Source of the DNA: a virus
Taxonomy: Duplodnaviria > Caudoviricetes
Virus record (IMG/VR): IMGVR_UViG_3300017956_000015
Coordinates: 1 to 55,270 of that record
Strand: one strand, 5' to 3'
DNA: 55,270 bases
Part shown: in pieces, positions 12,501 to 23,809 of the stretch
Layout: each line of letters opens with the position of its first letter
How positions within the stretch are numbered: the first letter of the stretch is position 1
Notes under the pieces: model-generated
Seen by the model: the letters and a program-made list of their open reading frames with translations, nothing else
Told to the model about the DNA's origin: nothing
Database searches by the model: none
Program-made: the position numbers and the translations under genes

Positions 12501-15500
12501 AGTGGATTTCACAGATAATCTAACTTTCATACCAACACTAGCGGATGGATCAACGGCAGACAGTTACGGTAATGTATACAAGTTCACCTCGGTGAGGTTA
12601 GCGTCAATGGATAATGTAAATGACAGATTGAGTTATTCTGTTTACAACGACAAAGACGATGACATGTTCATTGAGGGTGACAAGGTTTTCGCCGATGCCG
12701 ACACTGGAGGACTATGGCGTGTATACGAAAAACAAGATCCATACACAGAATTGAGGACACTGTCTCCGGACACGACAAATTCCAACCAGGAATTTGGATA
12801 TAGAATTGTCTGTCGTAATGACGGTAGATCCGTTGTTGTATCAGCACCCGGCAAAGGACAGGGAGAAGTACACTTCTTGTTCAGAACTAGCCAAACACCA
12901 GGCACTGCCTATTCGGTACAGGCCACTGCTACGATGAATGAGAACAATGATAACACCAGTAGGTTGGGTGAGTCCTTGTCCATCAGCACAGATGAGAATT
13001 TTGTTGTTGCAGGAGCACCATACACTAATGTGTTGACCAATGACGGAAGCACGAGATATTACAACGAAGGACTTATAAAAACTTACGTTTGGGATCCAGG
13101 CACATTCAAATATGGAGTGCTTTCTACACTGACAGCACCCACTGATGGTTCAAGTTCAAATGAGAACCTTAACTTTGGTTGGGCACACAAGATATCAGAA
13201 CCAACAGTTGGGTCCACAAGAAGCACCAACAACAAGTTTTTGTTTGTGTCAGCACCAGGACACAACAATGACACAGGTAGGGTCTATTTGTACACTTGGG
13301 GAATAGGTGCTGACGGATCAACGTACGACACCTGGACACAGGACTTAATAATAGATGCACCAGCAGGTGGATCTGGGCAAAGGTTCGGTCACAGGCTTGA
13401 AGCCAACGACAACGGAGATATTTTAGCGGTCAGTTCACTGGCACCAGGAAACGCGGGTAAGGTAGAGATATTCGTGCAGACGTCTCAGTCAAACGATGAC
13501 AGCACTATAAATTCATTCACACTGGCACAAACACTCACAGGTGTTTCAGCAGACGGGTCGACACTAAACACGTCCTTTGGTGATTCTATCACAATGAGTA
13601 AAGACGGTAACACATTGGTGATAGGTGCACCTGGCCTGGACAACACAGATCAAGCAGACGCAGGTGCGGTTTACATTTATAAGTGGAACAGGGATGGTAG
13701 CACAAATACCTACACCCTAGACCAGACAATAAATGAACCGGGAGATATTTCAGATGCTAGGTTCGGATCTAGTGTTTCGTTGAACCAGTCCGGCACAAGG
13801 TTAGTGATCGGTGCAGAAAAGTCGGCCAATCCGAGGACAATGAAGTTCGACCTAGGTGAGACCACTTTTGACCTACAGGACACAAACATTGTTGACACCA
13901 ACACGGGATCAGGTGCGGCCTATACTGCAACGGTCTACAACACAAAATTTGTGTTGGATGATAGGATAGTATCAACAAACGTTTCTGAGAACGACGACTT
14001 TGGCAGAGGCGTCTGCGTGTCTGACAACAATTTGTTTATCGGAGCACCTAAGGATGAAGGCAACTCAGGTTTAACAAACGACGGAAGCGTGTATGGTTAC
14101 GATTGTGCTGTGGACGGAGAGTACGCATGGAAAAATATTACTTCAGAGAGTGCGTTGGTCGATGTTGATAAGATAGGGCAGGTATTTGATTTCAATAACA
14201 CAACAAAACAGATCAGAGATTTCTATGATCTTTATGATCCTGTCAAGGGAAGGATACTGGGAGTAGCAGACAGGGAGATCAACTACAAGTCGCCTTGGGA
14301 TCCAGCCACATACAACACAGGTGATAATGCCAACACCAAGACGCCTTGGGCAGAAGACCATTTGGGAGAAGTATGGTGGGACCTTTCAACTGTTAAATGG
14401 TTATGGTACGAGCAAGACACACAGGAATACAGAGTAAACAACTGGGGTAAGACCTTCCCTGGTTCATCAATAGATGTATATGAATGGGTAGAGTCAACAC
14501 TAACACCCGAGGAGTGGAACAGGTCTAGCAACAGCGTGACAGGATTACAATTTGTCAGCGGTCAGGCGCAACCTGATTTCACGGAAGTTGAGAAGTACAA
14601 CTCAAGGCTGGACACGTTGGTTTCAACATATTATTTCTGGGTAAAAAATACTTCGAGTCTCCCGGGACAATCGGTAGTGAACAGGAAAAATACCACAACC
14701 TTTGTGGCAGGATTGATAGCAAATCCACAGAATTCAGGAATGCAATACTTTTCGATTACCGGCACAAACAAGTTGACAATAAATGGTGTGCGAACATTGA
14801 CTAACAAAGACATTGTGTTGAACGTTGACGTGAGGACTAACTCATTCGATGGAGATTCACACTCGGTCTGGAAGTTGGTGCGTGAAGGAGATCCTGCATA
14901 CAGGCCAGGACACCAGATAGAGACACGTTGGTGGGATTCTCTTTGTGGCAAGAACGCAACAGGTGATGCTGTCCCTGATAACGAGTTACCATTGAATCAG
15001 AAGTATGGAAACAGCATTAGACCAAGACAGAGTTGGTATGTTGATAGATTCTCAGCATTAAAAGATATAATCGATTACGCAAACACAGTCCTTAAAAAGA
15101 ACCAACTGGTAGGACAGATAAGACTTGACAATCTTGATGCCAAAGAAGAAGAGCCGACCAGTGCAAGTGGACTATGGGACGCCCAGGTGGACACCTACGC
15201 AGAATTGGGATACATCAACACAGCGGACCTATCGGGTACTGTCAATTATTTGGTCAAGGCAGATGAGACTGCAAACAATTTTTGGGCCATATACCAATGG
15301 GACGGTACCGAATGGAACAGGACCAGGATACAAACCTACAATACGTCAAACTATTGGTCGTATACAGATTGGTACAAGACCGACGGTGACATGGTGCATA
15401 ATGAGGACACACAGATAGACAAGCAGGTAACTTATGAGTACGAGTTAGATCGTCTAGAGATTGACAATGGCAAACACGTCAAGGTTACGTCTGCAGACAC

Positions 15501-18500
15501 TGGTGGTTGGAAACTGTTTATGAAGACTGCAACCGGTTGGGAGAATGTTGGTACCGAGAACGGAACAATTAGGCTATCAACCAAGTTGTATGATTACACA
15601 CAAGATGCCACAGGATTTGCGTCAGGTGACAACTTCGACGACAACACTTTTGACCAAGAACCAGTTACAGAAACAAGGAAGGCACTGACAGCGTTGAGAG
15701 ATGACCTGTTCATAGGAGACCTTGCCGTGGAGTATAACACCTTATTCTTTATCGGTTTACGTAAGGTGCTAGAAGAACAAACCTATGTTGATTGGATGTT
15801 CAAGACAAGTTTCATAAATGCGGTCAATAGGGTGAGACAGTTTGATCAAAGGAAAACTTACACAACAGGTACGGACAGTTGGATAGAGGACTACATAAAC
15901 GAAGTCAAACCTTTCCACACCAAATTACGAGAATACAAACTTGGATATAGCGCACCTGAACAGCACGATGGTGTGATAACTGATTTTGACAACCCACCTT
16001 TCTATGACGAAACTGTGGGCAAGATAAGGTCTATCAATCCTTCAACAGAAACGACTAGGTTAACTCAATACCCTTGGCAGTTATGGTATGACTATCACAG
16101 GAAGCACGTGAAGAGCATCACGGTGTACTATGGCGGATCTGGTTACGAGAAAGCACCAACAGTCACGATCACCGGGGATGATTCCACATCTGCCACTGCC
16201 ACTGCGACAGTTAGCGGTGGAGCAGTCACAGGGATAACAGTGACAGGTATTGGTTTTGGATACTCTACCACACCTACCGTGACAATCACCGGCGGTAAAT
16301 TTGACGGTTCTACCCCTTCCGATGTTGCCAAGGCATACGCGAACCTTGACAACGACCTTGTTAGGGACTTCAACACCACGATAAAGTTTGACAGGATAGC
16401 CAGCACATCCACTGTGGTTGATTGGGAGAAAAACACAACTTACGAATACGGAACCAAGATAAGATACAAAAATGAATTGTACAAGGCGGTAAGCCGATTC
16501 ACGTCAACGACAGACTTTGACGACAACTCGGGTGCGGTCAGCAAGTACTACGGTGACGAAACAGGATTGACGGCCGCGGACAGGATCAAAGGATTCTACA
16601 CACCAACAGACGGAATGCCGGGCAATGAACTTTCACAGGTGATGTCTGGTGTTGACTACGGCGGAACCATGGTGACAGGCTTGTTATTCACACAGAGCCA
16701 GGGTTGGGACAACTCGGCTTGGTATGACTACCCGTGGGACAACTATGGTCTGTCTAGGACTGTGCCGTTCCTTGCCGACGGTACAACAAGTAGTTACACT
16801 GCAACTTTAGAATCGGGAACTGTGTACCACGTCTACGTTTCACAAGACGATAGCACAAGAACAAAACTGTCTGTGACAATAATAGGTACTGGAAGTGCTC
16901 AGACAATCACAAGCATTCCGGTGCAAAATCAAAATGCTCTTATAGAACTTATACCTGCCGACGACGATGGCGTTCTTACTCCCACTGACGACAGGACTCT
17001 GGATTCAATAATCAAAGGAGGACTTTTCACTAAGAATGGATTATATGCAAGTGCATTAGGTACTGCACCTTCAGACATCAACGTTGACGGTGACGAGTTC
17101 TTGTCATCTACCACAAGTTACGCACCGGAGGAAGTGGTTCCTGGACAGATATTCGATACCCTGGATCTAAAGGTGTACACAGCACCACCGGCGACGCCGA
17201 TTATTACTGACAAAATTTACATTGGTAATGGAAGCACAGCGACGTTCTCCCTAGGAGAGCATCCTGGTACTTTAGGTTCTGTGACGATATCAGTAGATGG
17301 TGTGATCAAAAAACTCACAACCGATTACACTATAGACACAGGAGCAAAGACAGTGACATTTGTAAGTGCACCTGCTAACAACAGCGTGATCAACACGAAA
17401 ACTTTTGCCATATCTGGTAGAGCATTCGTAGTTTTAGATCACTACTACGGTGATGGATCTACGGTACAGTTCACATCTTCTTCGAGGGAAGATTTTGACC
17501 TTGATTCTACTAATTCTGAATTATATGTGACCATCGATGGTGTGCCAACAACGGCGTTCACAACCACTAGCACTACACCTGAATACGGTGACGGTTCAAC
17601 GACCAAGATAGGCAACACGTTGATTTTAACTTTCACATCAGCGCCTGCCGCCGATGCCTTCATACAGATTGCAGGTTTCAGGAAAACTTCTACATCATTT
17701 GTGAGGAACTACGCCAGCATCAGGAACGAAGAGATCACCTATGATGGATCAACGACACACGTTCTTACATATCCGCCTGGTGCTATTAGGCCATTCACGG
17801 GATTGACTCTTGTGGAAGCCAACGGTAAGATGTTACGAGCACCTGACACAACTTACTACATGTCAGACGGTAGCACATACACTTATGGTGTGGTGTCTGG
17901 TCTAAGTGATGATTCAACAGTGGATCCTGCAAAGACTGTCACAGATGCTTCGCAGGTCGAGGTACACGTCAACGGAGGCTTACAAACTATCACAACTGAC
18001 TACACCCTTGATCTAGTAAATCAAAATGTAGAATTTGTGACACCACCTGGACCAGAAAAAATGATCAGCATAACGACGTATGTAGATCATCATTTCTCAA
18101 TTGACGCCAGCAATAGGCTAGTGCTTAACACTTCTCAGATTTCCAGTGATGGCTACACCCTGAACATCAATGACAAAATGTCAGTGACCACGTTCAACAA
18201 CGCAGTTGGAATGTCGTTGAGAAGGGAAGTGCTTGAGGGAAGGGCAGATGGCATATACAAACTTTATTTCAATCCTACAAGTTCCGCTTACATGTATGTG
18301 TGGCTGAACGGAGAGCAATTGGCACCAGCACACGACTTCTTGTTGTCAGGGAACACGATCACAGTCTCAGGCAAGGTGATGTCTTCTTCAGACAGGTTGG
18401 ATGTTTTATACTTTGCCTCTGACACAGTGAATAAAGGTGCTACAGGATTTAGAATATTCAAAGATATGTTGAACAGAACTTTCTACAAACGTATCTCTAA

Positions 18501-19140
18501 AACGCACACAACACAACTGACACAGCAGTTACTCACAGATGCAACAACAATCACTGTTGCAGACGCATCTGTGCTGGCAGATCCACAAACGGTAATTGGT
18601 TTAGATGGATCTACAGTCAGCACAGTGATCCCAGGTGTTGTGTTCATAGGCAAAGAAAGAATTGAATATTTCACAAAGACCAATAATCAACTGGGACAGT
18701 TGAAACGTGGTACTTTGGGAACAGGAATTAAGGAGCATGGCTCAGGCGCTGACGTGGTAGACGTGTCTGGAACTCAAACCATCCCTTACGTGGACACAGT
18801 GTATACCAATACCTTCACAGGAAATGGTTCTCAAACTGTGTTCAATCTATCACAAGTACCGTCATCCGCTAGTGAGTTAGACATATTCATTGGTGGCCAA
18901 CGATTGTTGCTCACTAGCGAGGACGGATCAACTATCAACTATTCTGTTGACGGAAGCACAAAGGCTGTGACATTTACAACAGCACCTGCTGACCTAGTAC
19001 AGATAAAAATATTACACAAGAGAGGACAGGTATGGTACACTGCGAAGGATGGTAATCCTGCTGATGGTAAAGGACTCCACAGTTCTACGTCACAACAGGC
19101 TCAATTCATAGCGGACGAGCCCACAAACGCACCTGAATAA
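6529..19140 (+). CDS. giant (4203 aa) multidomain virion/baseplate structural protein with a cupredoxin-like domain, FG-GAP beta-propeller repeats, CBM5/12-like domains and Ig-like beta-sandwich repeats
   Basis: Single uninterrupted Thr/Asp/Ser-rich ORF translationally coupled to gp6 (TAATG). Visible motifs: HPFYI...[14 protein letters not shown]; FG...V.GAP repeats; W...T.Y..GD.V.Y.GKFY; GGSGY..APTVTI; C-terminal RGTLGT....H. Confidence 0.82.
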   Translation: MADKITNSLTNQEVVKQGTRELRRTVQHLPAFYRTDTNQRFLSSTLDPLVQKGSLERLDGFVGKQDAYTRQIDDRYVSATSRDRFAYQLEPTITYTDKDTTSINPEDQVKFTGTYDDYINQIKYFGGKVGNHDRLNKEVVYSWNPAIDYDKLVNYREYYWLSGGPSAIEIDSVGTGAVVEYKVEALPDDGSTGRAFSFPHLENERNPDMTLWRGNTYKFVVDAQGHPFYIMTEPSKDGIGADGSTSVLYSTGVTNNGADKGTVTFVVPDGAPDTLYYQCGSHDGMYGILHIRTVATTSSINVQDDIIGTKNYKLRTLSLSNGMKIKFPSSKVTSDYKNKEFYVEGVGDAITLTDVSKLATPESYATNGVPVDKDYITIKRDSLDQNAWSRYNRWFHRSVIETASTVNGTTTVLDETDRAKRPIIEFDSGLSLYNSGTVAKNPVDLFDTATTDAFSNVSGKFGYIIDGVAITDGMRIIFSKDTDALVRSKIYVANFVDAGDSSVLSLTLNEDTNGTALDKDTVYVKGGNSNKGKSFYYDETTTNWKSTQPKTKLNQQPLFNMYDNNHTSYDDATAYPNSTFAGAKVFAYATSDTAVTDTVLGIKVKYNTINNVGDMVFESDHTSGTFTYQDAGKTVTKNLAEGHLHYTTGRTTHNSKSAWIKRINEIKQRVIRTHIVDETEKRLFPIDFYANSASLTDLEISVKVNGVRKTLTTDYTLVNGSTNKYVRFVKELKVNDQIRIAGYSAADKIADKGIYEVPENLSTNSLNQTTGSFTYGQVLKHLVDIFDKNQDLTGAIPGNTNLRDKPDTRLKGGTIIQHQGSLVPAIFNLIDQQANIVSAIDYVNLEYEKWYNAFLTKATGTPYEGIARDRVDEIIESINQGKNSSFPFYYEDMVGWGQNVSTRTYTVQGTSQKDYAIDSQHSMTALSNRAVYVYHNDVQLTLDTDYTFSTTDDSINISKALAVGDKIVIKDYADTTGSYMPVTPTKLGIYPKFKPESFTDDTYVTSQTVIRRHDGSIVKAYGDERDDLILELEKRIYNNIKVTYDRTLLDISDVTPSAFTETEYTLNEVDDIMGHDFYVWAGRNNVQYINNTAFVEGSPFTYNYANSTSHLTGNKLPGHWRGIYKFFYDTDSPHTRPWEMLGYSEKPSTWEDTYGPAPYTAGNDVLWNKIATEPGRYGKPGITNHLPVDASGNLLDPLQAGLIDDYNVPGRRQPWKFGDQAPAETSWRRSSAYPFTVLKTLALTKPAKFFSNYFDVSRLSTNISGNQIYSDTGVRQTLKTSKYHLETLTDNNTGLTTRYQTAGYQVLTVNYLVSRNLDPVTFYYDKMKDLGVQLAYKLGGFTDKDNIKVLTDSVSPGSTAGSKFIPDENYKILFRTSNPVQSFNYSGVLIEKNTDTTTDTDGSTSTYVGGYKVLGYSTTDPYFKFYYPFKSVTSAKISVPGASVNRYISYDNTVQTIPYGYVFETIQDVADFLQGYGQYLEKQGFRFNKYSNEIKETLNWDNAVREFLFWTTQEWAPGSAITVSPATDGFELDTDNSTVGQLRNLAGDYSLLDAGGRKIDIREISTKRVGKTFDLNLKSTDVGLYNISLNTVQKEHILIFDNSTVFSDILYEPFTGFRQQRLKVVGWKTANWNGDYYAPGFVFDAAQVTYWTANTDYRLGDSVEYQGKFYVAKVNHNSSEKFSNDNWTLKSEKPKPQLIPNFDYKISSFNDFYNLETNNFDESQQKLAQRLIGYQSRDYLENLFVNDVSQYKFYQGYIREKGTQNAIDKLLKAKYENSNIDLSLYPEWMIKTGVFGNTDSRESIQITLDDELVNTDPQSIELLDNSSDSKEYGRSLAVVKDDLYSKPVEYTASTTFQLLDYSKEAVDRDKAQVYKTAGYPQLEQVQHTAFNVSELLDLDVNSITKNDLIWVANKDNGDWDVFRMTNAGIKIDSLTTTNNATQLTFVFTGSHGLSAGSATTEADYFAISNSESATLNRVYQVASVPDHKSIVVDFTDNLTFIPTLADGSTADSYGNVYKFTSVRLASMDNVNDRLSYSVYNDKDDDMFIEGDKVFADADTGGLWRVYEKQDPYTELRTLSPDTTNSNQEFGYRIVCRNDGRSVVVSAPGKGQGEVHFLFRTSQTPGTAYSVQATATMNENNDNTSRLGESLSISTDENFVVAGAPYTNVLTNDGSTRYYNEGLIKTYVWDPGTFKYGVLSTLTAPTDGSSSNENLNFGWAHKISEPTVGSTRSTNNKFLFVSAPGHNNDTGRVYLYTWGIGADGSTYDTWTQDLIIDAPAGGSGQRFGHRLEANDNGDILAVSSLAPGNAGKVEIFVQTSQSNDDSTINSFTLAQTLTGVSADGSTLNTSFGDSITMSKDGNTLVIGAPGLDNTDQADAGAVYIYKWNRDGSTNTYTLDQTINEPGDISDARFGSSVSLNQSGTRLVIGAEKSANPRTMKFDLGETTFDLQDTNIVDTNTGSGAAYTATVYNTKFVLDDRIVSTNVSENDDFGRGVCVSDNNLFIGAPKDEGNSGLTNDGSVYGYDCAVDGEYAWKNITSESALVDVDKIGQVFDFNNTTKQIRDFYDLYDPVKGRILGVADREINYKSPWDPATYNTGDNANTKTPWAEDHLGEVWWDLSTVKWLWYEQDTQEYRVNNWGKTFPGSSIDVYEWVESTLTPEEWNRSSNSVTGLQFVSGQAQPDFTEVEKYNSRLDTLVSTYYFWVKNTSSLPGQSVVNRKNTTTFVAGLIANPQNSGMQYFSITGTNKLTINGVRTLTNKDIVLNVDVRTNSFDGDSHSVWKLVREGDPAYRPGHQIETRWWDSLCGKNATGDAVPDNELPLNQKYGNSIRPRQSWYVDRFSALKDIIDYANTVLKKNQLVGQIRLDNLDAKEEEPTSASGLWDAQVDTYAELGYINTADLSGTVNYLVKADETANNFWAIYQWDGTEWNRTRIQTYNTSNYWSYTDWYKTDGDMVHNEDTQIDKQVTYEYELDRLEIDNGKHVKVTSADTGGWKLFMKTATGWENVGTENGTIRLSTKLYDYTQDATGFASGDNFDDNTFDQEPVTETRKALTALRDDLFIGDLAVEYNTLFFIGLRKVLEEQTYVDWMFKTSFINAVNRVRQFDQRKTYTTGTDSWIEDYINEVKPFHTKLREYKLGYSAPEQHDGVITDFDNPPFYDETVGKIRSINPSTETTRLTQYPWQLWYDYHRKHVKSITVYYGGSGYEKAPTVTITGDDSTSATATATVSGGAVTGITVTGIGFGYSTTPTVTITGGKFDGSTPSDVAKAYANLDNDLVRDFNTTIKFDRIASTSTVVDWEKNTTYEYGTKIRYKNELYKAVSRFTSTTDFDDNSGAVSKYYGDETGLTAADRIKGFYTPTDGMPGNELSQVMSGVDYGGTMVTGLLFTQSQGWDNSAWYDYPWDNYGLSRTVPFLADGTTSSYTATLESGTVYHVYVSQDDSTRTKLSVTIIGTGSAQTITSIPVQNQNALIELIPADDDGVLTPTDDRTLDSIIKGGLFTKNGLYASALGTAPSDINVDGDEFLSSTTSYAPEEVVPGQIFDTLDLKVYTAPPATPIITDKIYIGNGSTATFSLGEHPGTLGSVTISVDGVIKKLTTDYTIDTGAKTVTFVSAPANNSVINTKTFAISGRAFVVLDHYYGDGSTVQFTSSSREDFDLDSTNSELYVTIDGVPTTAFTTTSTTPEYGDGSTTKIGNTLILTFTSAPAADAFIQIAGFRKTSTSFVRNYASIRNEEITYDGSTTHVLTYPPGAIRPFTGLTLVEANGKMLRAPDTTYYMSDGSTYTYGVVSGLSDDSTVDPAKTVTDASQVEVHVNGGLQTITTDYTLDLVNQNVEFVTPPGPEKMISITTYVDHHFSIDASNRLVLNTSQISSDGYTLNINDKMSVTTFNNAVGMSLRREVLEGRADGIYKLYFNPTSSAYMYVWLNGEQLAPAHDFLLSGNTITVSGKVMSSSDRLDVLYFASDTVNKGATGFRIFKDMLNRTFYKRISKTHTTQLTQQLLTDATTITVADASVLADPQTVIGLDGSTVSTVIPGVVFIGKERIEYFTKTNNQLGQLKRGTLGTGIKEHGSGADVVDVSGTQTIPYVDTVYTNTFTGNGSQTVFNLSQVPSSASELDIFIGGQRLLLTSEDGSTINYSVDGSTKAVTFTTAPADLVQIKILHKRGQVWYTAKDGNPADGKGLHSSTSQQAQFIADEPTNAPE

Positions 19141-19143
19141 ATA
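19136..19143 (+). promoter_or_regulatory. putative late promoter (AATAAATA)
   Basis: TAAATA core overlapping the stop codon of the giant gene, 6 nt before the ATG at 19150. Confidence 0.55.
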
Positions 19144-19149
19144 CACTAG

Positions 19150-19875
19150 ATGACACAGGACAACAAACCAACAGAATCAAAAGAAGAAAACAAAAAGCCT
19201 CAAGATCACACAGGAGTGATGATGACGGGGCACATAAAGATTTTTGACCCTGAAACAGGTGAAGTGATAGTGGACAAAAGGAATGCTATCCATTATGAAA
19301 ATATGTCTCAGGCAATGGCCAATAGTTTGGCAAACAAGAGCAACGGTTTCATACACGAGATGGCATTTGGAAATGGCGGAACAAGTGTCGATCCAACGGG
19401 TATCATAACATACCTTACGCCTAACTCGACAGGAACCAACGCTACTCTTTACAATCAAACATACTACAAAGTTATAGATGACAACTCTACAACGAACAAA
19501 GACACCACTCGTAACAAGATGGAAGTGAGACACGTCACAGGTAACAAATTCACTGACATAGTTTGTACCTGTACGTTGGACTATGGTGAACCAACAGGTC
19601 AGGCATCTTTCGATAACACAACTAACTTCAATGGTGACTTTGTGTTCGATGAACTTGGACTTAAATCATGGGAAGGCACTGAGAACGGTGGCACAAACAA
19701 ACTGTTGACACACGTGATATTCCACCCGGTACAGAAATCACTGAACAGATTGATACAGATAGATTACACACTTAGAATTCAAAGTTTAACAACATTCACT
19801 GAAACGAGCTCTACGGCACTGTCAACATCTAACACAGTGAGTGGAACGACAGCAGGTGGTAACACTGGATACTAA
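19150..19875 (+). CDS. virion structural (baseplate-associated) protein
   Basis: GHIKIFD..TGE..VDKRNAIH N-terminus, FGNGG, FDELGL, THVIFHP.QKS.NR..QI.YT.RI; lies between the giant baseplate gene and a fibre gene. Confidence 0.7.
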   Translation: MTQDNKPTESKEENKKPQDHTGVMMTGHIKIFDPETGEVIVDKRNAIHYENMSQAMANSLANKSNGFIHEMAFGNGGTSVDPTGIITYLTPNSTGTNATLYNQTYYKVIDDNSTTNKDTTRNKMEVRHVTGNKFTDIVCTCTLDYGEPTGQASFDNTTNFNGDFVFDELGLKSWEGTENGGTNKLLTHVIFHPVQKSLNRLIQIDYTLRIQSLTTFTETSSTALSTSNTVSGTTAGGNTGY

Positions 19876-19878
19876 TAG

Positions 19879-21096
19879 ATGGCTTATACAGTAAACAAGA
19901 GTAACAGTTCGGCTTCACCAAACCAGTACATAGTACAGGATGGTGTGGTCAACACACAAACAGACCTTAGTTTCATAGGTAAGGGGTACGCTGGATATGG
20001 TGAACTGATCGCAGAGAACTTCCTACACCTTTTAGAAAATTTTGCAGGCACATCAGAGCCAACAAAACCGATTCAAGGGCAACTTTACTACGATTCGGCC
20101 AATAACAGATTAAAGGTGTACACAGGAAACTTGTTTGTCCCGGCAGGGGGTAACGTTCCTTACCAGCCAACACAACCGGTAGGGATACAACAGGGTGACC
20201 TTTGGATAGATTCAGATGTGGGACAACTGTTCTTCTATGATGGTTCACAGAGTGTGATGGTGGGACCACCGGCCTCGACTGGATCCTTGAACGGATTTGT
20301 GTTTGAAGCAGTTACAGATTCAACCACTGCCAGTCAGAACATAACAAAATGGTACAGCGATGGAACACTTATCGCGATGGTTTCCGACACGGAGTTCACA
20401 CCACAGACAGCGATAACAGGTTTCCCGACTGTGTACAAGGGAATCACATTAACAACATCACCCACAGGCATAAAACTTCATGGAACGGCCACTGACGCGG
20501 ACAAACTAGGTGGCGTAGCGGCATCAAGTTTCTTGAGATCAGATATTGCTGACACAACAACAGGCACACTGGGCGTAGTGAATGACTCGGGTATGACAGT
20601 CGGTGCTGACAATGACCTATCAATCACTGTTGATGGCACAGGTGTCAACCTAGCGAATACTGTACAGAACACAGATATCACCTTCAAAGTCAACGATGGA
20701 GGTGTCACCTCAACGGTAATGACCATAGATGGTGACGAATCAAGGGTGGGAATCGGAACAACGACACCAACCACCACACTAGACGTGTCAGGAACAGTTA
20801 ATGCAACTGCTTTCACTGGACCAATAACAGGTGCAGTCACATCATCTGGTATTCAACTCACAACAAACGGAACGATCATATTCGAGGGATCATCCAATGA
20901 CGCTTTTGAGACCACACTGACTGTTGCCAATCCAACAGCAGACAGGACGATCACTATACCAAATGTCACTGGTACTGTGGTAACAACCGGCGACACAGGC
21001 ACGGTAACAGCGGCCATGATGGCAACGCCAACATCACTACAGATTCTCAGCAGTACAGGAACAGTTTTAAAGACCATCAACGGCGCAGGAGCGTAG
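19879..21096 (+). CDS. tail fibre / baseplate appendage protein 1
   Basis: MAY.VN N-terminus; TDL...GKGYAGYGE...ENF..LLENF...P..P..GQL.YD; GDLW.D; GTATDADKLGG....FLRSD; RVGIGTTTP. Clear paralog of 32596..34215. Confidence 0.78.
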   Translation: MAYTVNKSNSSASPNQYIVQDGVVNTQTDLSFIGKGYAGYGELIAENFLHLLENFAGTSEPTKPIQGQLYYDSANNRLKVYTGNLFVPAGGNVPYQPTQPVGIQQGDLWIDSDVGQLFFYDGSQSVMVGPPASTGSLNGFVFEAVTDSTTASQNITKWYSDGTLIAMVSDTEFTPQTAITGFPTVYKGITLTTSPTGIKLHGTATDADKLGGVAASSFLRSDIADTTTGTLGVVNDSGMTVGADNDLSITVDGTGVNLANTVQNTDITFKVNDGGVTSTVMTIDGDESRVGIGTTTPTTTLDVSGTVNATAFTGPITGAVTSSGIQLTTNGTIIFEGSSNDAFETTLTVANPTADRTITIPNVTGTVVTTGDTGTVTAAMMATPTSLQILSSTGTVLKTINGAGA

Positions 21097-21103
21097 TTTA
21101 TGG

Positions 21104-21132
21104 TTGAACTATTTCACGGAGTAGTTTATACT
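21104..21132 (+). promoter_or_regulatory. putative sigma70-type promoter (TTGAAC-17-TATACT)
   Basis: -35 TTGAAC at 21104-21109, 17-nt spacer, -10 TATACT at 21127-21132; ATG at 21142. Confidence 0.55.
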
Positions 21133-21141
21133 AGGTAGCAT

Positions 21142-22077
21142 ATGACCGTAAGAACACCTTTAGTGTACAATGGATCACAATTACAGGAGGCCAAGAGCAG
21201 TGAGCTCACTAATCTTTACACCCTGGGTGCATACTATTATTCATTGGCACCCGCTAGGACACTGGCTGTTGTAGGTTCAGGCGGAGATTTAACGCAAATA
21301 GATGACACAAGGCTTCAGGCAGGTGCGGCCTCGACGGCCTCAGGTGGTTTTCCATCAGAGGCAACCACAGCGGAACCCAGTCAGGTCACTGTTTCTTACC
21401 AGAGAATAACACAGTCGGCCGCGGCGGCACCCATAACAACCACAGACACAGGAAAAACTTTTCCAATATATTGGAATGGCACACAGATTCAAGCCATGAC
21501 AGAGCAAGATTTCATTGACACCTTTATCTTACCAACAATCAATGTGCTGACATCTGGATCAACAACTTCCAGCCAGGCAGGCACATACCATATTTCAACT
21601 AGCTCGTCAGTGGCAGGTTCCACGCTTGTATCATCCACACCAGTCTTCACAGACACACGGGCAGATACCAGCGCCTACACGGCAGATGGCATTGCCGAAA
21701 CGCTGGACCAACCACAGACTATAAACAATTATTACCTGCACAGGATAGATGGTGTTATGCCAACTTACAATCCACCATTGTACATAGACGCATCAAACAA
21801 CCTAAAACAGTATTCCGGTGCGGAAATAGGCGCCCTATTACAGGAATACATCAACAATCAGGTGATCAACTCATCTACCGGTTACCAACTAAAGTACAAC
21901 ATAGATGGTAGTCTAGGCACAGCCAGGGGTTCTGCCATGGTGGACACTATTTTGACGGGCGGAAGTGGTGCATACACCACACTTTTTGCAGGTGCAAATG
22001 ACTATCGGGCACAGGAATTTCCAGATGGCACGCCCACAGCATCGTCTACCTACACTTTCAAGATTGAAAAATCATAA
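21142..22077 (+). CDS. putative virion structural protein (Thr/Ser/Ala-rich)
   Basis: 311 aa with internal repeats of the type PL.Y/W.NG..LQ.M and a composition like the neighbouring structural proteins; no catalytic motif seen. Confidence 0.55.
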   Translation: MTVRTPLVYNGSQLQEAKSSELTNLYTLGAYYYSLAPARTLAVVGSGGDLTQIDDTRLQAGAASTASGGFPSEATTAEPSQVTVSYQRITQSAAAAPITTTDTGKTFPIYWNGTQIQAMTEQDFIDTFILPTINVLTSGSTTSSQAGTYHISTSSSVAGSTLVSSTPVFTDTRADTSAYTADGIAETLDQPQTINNYYLHRIDGVMPTYNPPLYIDASNNLKQYSGAEIGALLQEYINNQVINSSTGYQLKYNIDGSLGTARGSAMVDTILTGGSGAYTTLFAGANDYRAQEFPDGTPTASSTYTFKIEKS

Positions 22078-22080
22078 CAC

Positions 22081-22109
22081 TTGACGTTCAAGATTAAGTA
22101 CACTATAAT
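22081..22109 (+). promoter_or_regulatory. sigma70-type promoter (TTGACG-17-TATAAT) opening enzyme cassette A
   Basis: -35 TTGACG at 22081-22086, 17-nt spacer, perfect -10 TATAAT at 22104-22109, RBS AAAGGA just before the ATG at 22133. Confidence 0.8.
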
Positions 22110-22132
22110 ACTGTGTATAGAAAGGAATTTTC

Positions 22133-22606
22133 ATGGCAATATTTTCTGGAAAAATAATTGAGGCATACTATGCCAATTCTGACAACACCGCGATAGAAAT
22201 CATCTATCAAGAAGGAAAAAGGGCGATAAACCATTATCTTGCAGTGGACACAGGTCATCCGGATTTCCAAGACCTTGTAGACGAGTATCCGTTGTCAAAG
22301 ATAGCAGACGCAACCGTGGCCAGGAACAAACAGGTGTACAGGCAACTGGACAGGATAGTTGAGGCAAAGGTCAAACAAAAGGTAGAGGACAAGCCTATGC
22401 AAAACTTTGATAGTGTGATGGAGTTTATCATAGACTATGATCCAAAGAAACAAGCGGAAGACCTATTCTCACTGAAGTTGAAGATATTTGAAAAGGACAT
22501 AGTCAAAGATTCCAAAGACAATGACTCGAAGTCCAAGATTAGGCAGGCAAAGACGCCATTGGATGTTCTATTGGCCTACAAGGACATAATCCAAAAGAAT
22601 AGATAA
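22133..22606 (+). CDS. hypothetical protein
   Basis: 157-aa ORF with promoter and RBS; helical, charged C-terminal half; no recognisable motif. Confidence 0.7.
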   Translation: MAIFSGKIIEAYYANSDNTAIEIIYQEGKRAINHYLAVDTGHPDFQDLVDEYPLSKIADATVARNKQVYRQLDRIVEAKVKQKVEDKPMQNFDSVMEFIIDYDPKKQAEDLFSLKLKIFEKDIVKDSKDNDSKSKIRQAKTPLDVLLAYKDIIQKNR

Positions 22607-22607
22607 A

Positions 22608-23180
22608 ATGCTATCGGTATATTGTGTGAACTGGGGCACGAAATACCCTAGGGAGTTTACCCATAAACTTCGAGAATCATTACAAAAGCATCTAACGGTA
22701 CCCCACAAATTCTACTGCTACACAGATAAGCCTGTCGATGAACACGATGTGGAAGTAAAGTATCCTTACCTCAGGGGCGTCTGGCACAAACTGGCATTGC
22801 TGGAAAACAAGGGCGACAGCCTTTTCTTTGATCTAGACATCGATATCAACAGCAACATAGATTTCCTTTGCCAGGATTTCGATAAATTTTCAGTGCTTGA
22901 CAGTACTCCGTGGAAACCCAAGAACATTCCTCTTCTTGAATTTAGGATGACACAGAACACTCTTGTGAACAGCAGTGTTATGAGATGGAGCAATCACGCA
23001 CACGTATTTGAAAAATTCCAAAAGCATAGAGACATGTATCTGCGTCTATACGCGGGCATAGACAGGTACATTTATAATGAAAAAGTTGAATACCACACTA
23101 TCAGAACAGACAAGATAACGAGCTGGTACCAAAAGATTGATAAAAGTCCGATAGTAATATACAATGGCAAATACAAATGA
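22608..23180 (+). CDS. glycosyltransferase-like protein (GT-A fold, phage WGxKY type)
   Basis: CVNWGTKY...F.CYTD...W.KL.L...LFFDLD.DI (DXD)...NSSVM.W...G.D.YI. Confidence 0.7.
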   Translation: MLSVYCVNWGTKYPREFTHKLRESLQKHLTVPHKFYCYTDKPVDEHDVEVKYPYLRGVWHKLALLENKGDSLFFDLDIDINSNIDFLCQDFDKFSVLDSTPWKPKNIPLLEFRMTQNTLVNSSVMRWSNHAHVFEKFQKHRDMYLRLYAGIDRYIYNEKVEYHTIRTDKITSWYQKIDKSPIVIYNGKYK

Positions 23181-23809
23181 TATATGATCAGAACATAATA
23201 AATGCACACAAGAACATTGAATGGATCGCAAAGGCATATCCTGGAAGACTGCTTGATGCATTTTCCTGTTTCAGCCAGAACCAGTTCGACTGCAAAATGT
23301 GGCTGATAGATTGTCTAAATCAGTATCCTTTTCATTTCAAATACAAGACCAGAGATAGCATCGACATTGCGATATTAGGTGGATGGTATGGTTTGATGGC
23401 AAAACTAATCTCAACAGAGTTCAAACTTAAACCGATCAATAACATCTACTCATATGACTTTGACAATATTGCGACCAAGATAGGCAAACAGATATTTCCT
23501 GAAATAGCATTTATCGAAAAGGATGTTACCGAAATTGATTTAGGTAGGAAGAATTTCAGTATTGTTATAAACACCAGTTGTGAACACATAGAACAAAATT
23601 TATTGTATAAATCCATAGATAGTGCCCCACCAAAAACATTGTTTGTTTTACAAAGCAACAACTATAACCAACTTCAGCAACATATAAACTGCGTAAGGAA
23701 TTTAGATCATTTCAAAAATCAGTACAAAACAAGGATGGAAAACATCCGGGCATATGAATTGCAGAAAGAAAAGTACACTAGATTTATGATAATTGGAGTC
23801 AAAAAATGA
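23177..23809 (+). CDS. class I SAM-dependent methyltransferase-like protein
   Basis: IAILGGWYG (motif I), YSYDFD (motif II), INTSCEH, LQSNN, HINC. Confidence 0.7.
   Translation: MIYDQNIINAHKNIEWIAKAYPGRLLDAFSCFSQNQFDCKMWLIDCLNQYPFHFKYKTRDSIDIAILGGWYGLMAKLISTEFKLKPINNIYSYDFDNIATKIGKQIFPEIAFIEKDVTEIDLGRKNFSIVINTSCEHIEQNLLYKSIDSAPPKTLFVLQSNNYNQLQQHINCVRNLDHFKNQYKTRMENIRAYELQKEKYTRFMIIGVKK

Noticed and set aside
6529-19140. Possible intein, intron or stop-codon recoding behind the giant ORF
   Set aside because: No intein splice or LAGLIDADG motifs were noticed, the ORF is continuous in the standard code, and TAA, TAG and TGA all terminate genes in this window.
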